DNA of 64,000 nucleotides from Lingula anatina (taxonomy: Eukaryota; Animalia; Brachiopoda), in the NCBI GenBank assembly GCA_051362555.1, contig CM120643.1:10478001-10542000 (forward strand), in the 5' to 3' direction. Both the position numbers and the translations under genes were made by a program. Positions 62,996 through 64,000 of the stretch are shown in pieces. The first letter of the stretch is position 1. Each line of letters opens with the position of its first letter. The notes below the pieces were generated by a model, which did no database searches, was not told where the DNA came from, and saw nothing but the letters and a program-made list of their open reading frames with translations.

Positions 62996-63155
62996 TAAGG
63001 CATGAGCCGACCACCCCCAAACTTGAGTTCTACCTCGACCATTGAGCAATCAACACGTCGTTGTCAGAACTCCTTGCCACCTGCTGCTATACAGCATTGA
63101 CCACCCCCTCACGCAAACCCAACCCCTTTTTTCCTTTTTTTTTACTTTCGGACTC

Positions 63156-63200
63156 TGCAGCTGATGAAGGTCACTTGTTGACCGAAAAGCGCTTTCTGCA
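63156..63200 (+). ncRNA. Minimal type I hammerhead ribozyme (copy 2)
   Basis: TGCAG-CTGATGA-a-GGTCA-cttgt-TGACC-GAAA-agcgct-tt-CTGCA; palindromic stem III AAAGCGCTTT; predicted cleavage after 63195. Confidence 0.8.
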
Positions 63201-64000
63201 ACCAGTCCAACCCCCCCCCCCCCCCTCCAGGCTGTACGACCCGTACAACCTTTCTCTGGTCACTTTCATACAGAGGTGAGACGCCTCTCTCTACACCACG
63301 CTGAGGTGAGACGCCTCATGCAGTACGCTGTACACAGCTACGCACACACACTCCATCAGATATAACTTTAATCTGATATATCAAATCACTCCTTCACACA
63401 AACGTAACGAAGGAAAACAAAGGGAATTAGAGCATTAAATCTCAACCCCGAGCGTCCCACCAACAATCTCTAAGCTTTTAACTAGGGGCGCTGTCAAAAC
63501 ACACGTCCCCAGGGGCCCAGCCTTGGATCGTGTTATTTTGATCTGAGGTAGTTTAACTAAGGCATGAGCCGACCACCCCCAAACAAAAAACAAATACGTA
63601 TTTGATATTTGATGATCATACTGACATCTTTTCTTTGAGGATACTTTATGAGGAATATATTGAAAGTACTTGAAAGTTTGATGGTAAAAGAATTGGGTGA
63701 AAAAAAAACACATTAAAAAATAAGAAAAATTAAAGATTTATATTCTAACACCCTATGACTCCCCTATGAAAAAGCTATCTATTTGATATTTGATGATCAT
63801 TCTGACATCTTTTCTTTAAGGATACTTTATGAAGAATATATTGGAAATATTTGAAAGGTTGAATGGTAAAATGCTGGGTATGCTATATAAGAGGAATTCA
63901 GTAAAAAGGCGATGGGGCCAATTTCTTGAGTTAAAAATGTAGCGTTTTGACATGGAAGTGCAAAACCTACAGGTAGTAAGATGAATACTTGTTTTAAAGA

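Larger units (their letters stand above)
60824..63594 (+). mobile_element. Non-coding retroposed concatemer with hammerhead ribozymes (retrozyme/Penelope-like)
   Basis: Absent from the left arm; flanked by the direct repeat tacgtattt (60815-60823, 63595-63603); A-rich 3' end aaacaaaaaacaaa; internal direct repeats; two hammerheads; no ORF. Confidence 0.75.

Noticed and set aside
60947-63318. YGAGAYR hairpins as 5' splice sites or spliced-leader RNA genes
   Set aside because: Only some copies read AG|GT; others have GC, GA or no G, and no Sm-binding site follows.

Overview
AT-rich, intron-containing animal genomic DNA. The gene content and the abundant TACATGTA/TAGGCCTA words suggest a marine invertebrate, possibly a lophotrochozoan (inference); it is not prokaryotic. 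From left to right: (1) the 3' part of a multi-exon cell-surface gene of the invertebrate 'integrin beta-like'/Sib-like type, with a mucin stalk and apparently two alternative C-termini (GPI-like or transmembrane); (2) a ~1.6 kb fold-back structure around a 38-bp minisatellite; (3) a 5-exon VWA-domain gene with an Ala/Arg-rich tail; (4) a tandem array of tRNA-like units; (5) a complete MORN1 gene on the minus strand (46826 to ~25.4/26.7 kb), with an intronless glycosyltransferase-like gene nested antisense in its large intron; (6) a >13 kb inverted duplication centred on 47.7-48.4 kb, whose right arm carries a promoterless, frameshifted MORN1 copy and an intact but diverged second glycosyltransferase copy; (7) in that right arm, a 2.8 kb non-coding insertion flanked by a target-site duplication (TSD), made of tandem monomers with hammerhead ribozymes and many co-varying hairpins sharing a YGAGAYR loop (retrozyme/Penelope-like), itself invaded by Harbinger-type MITEs. 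Many MITEs and microsatellites are scattered throughout. Exon boundaries were derived by eye from GT/AG sites and frame continuity; no database search was run.
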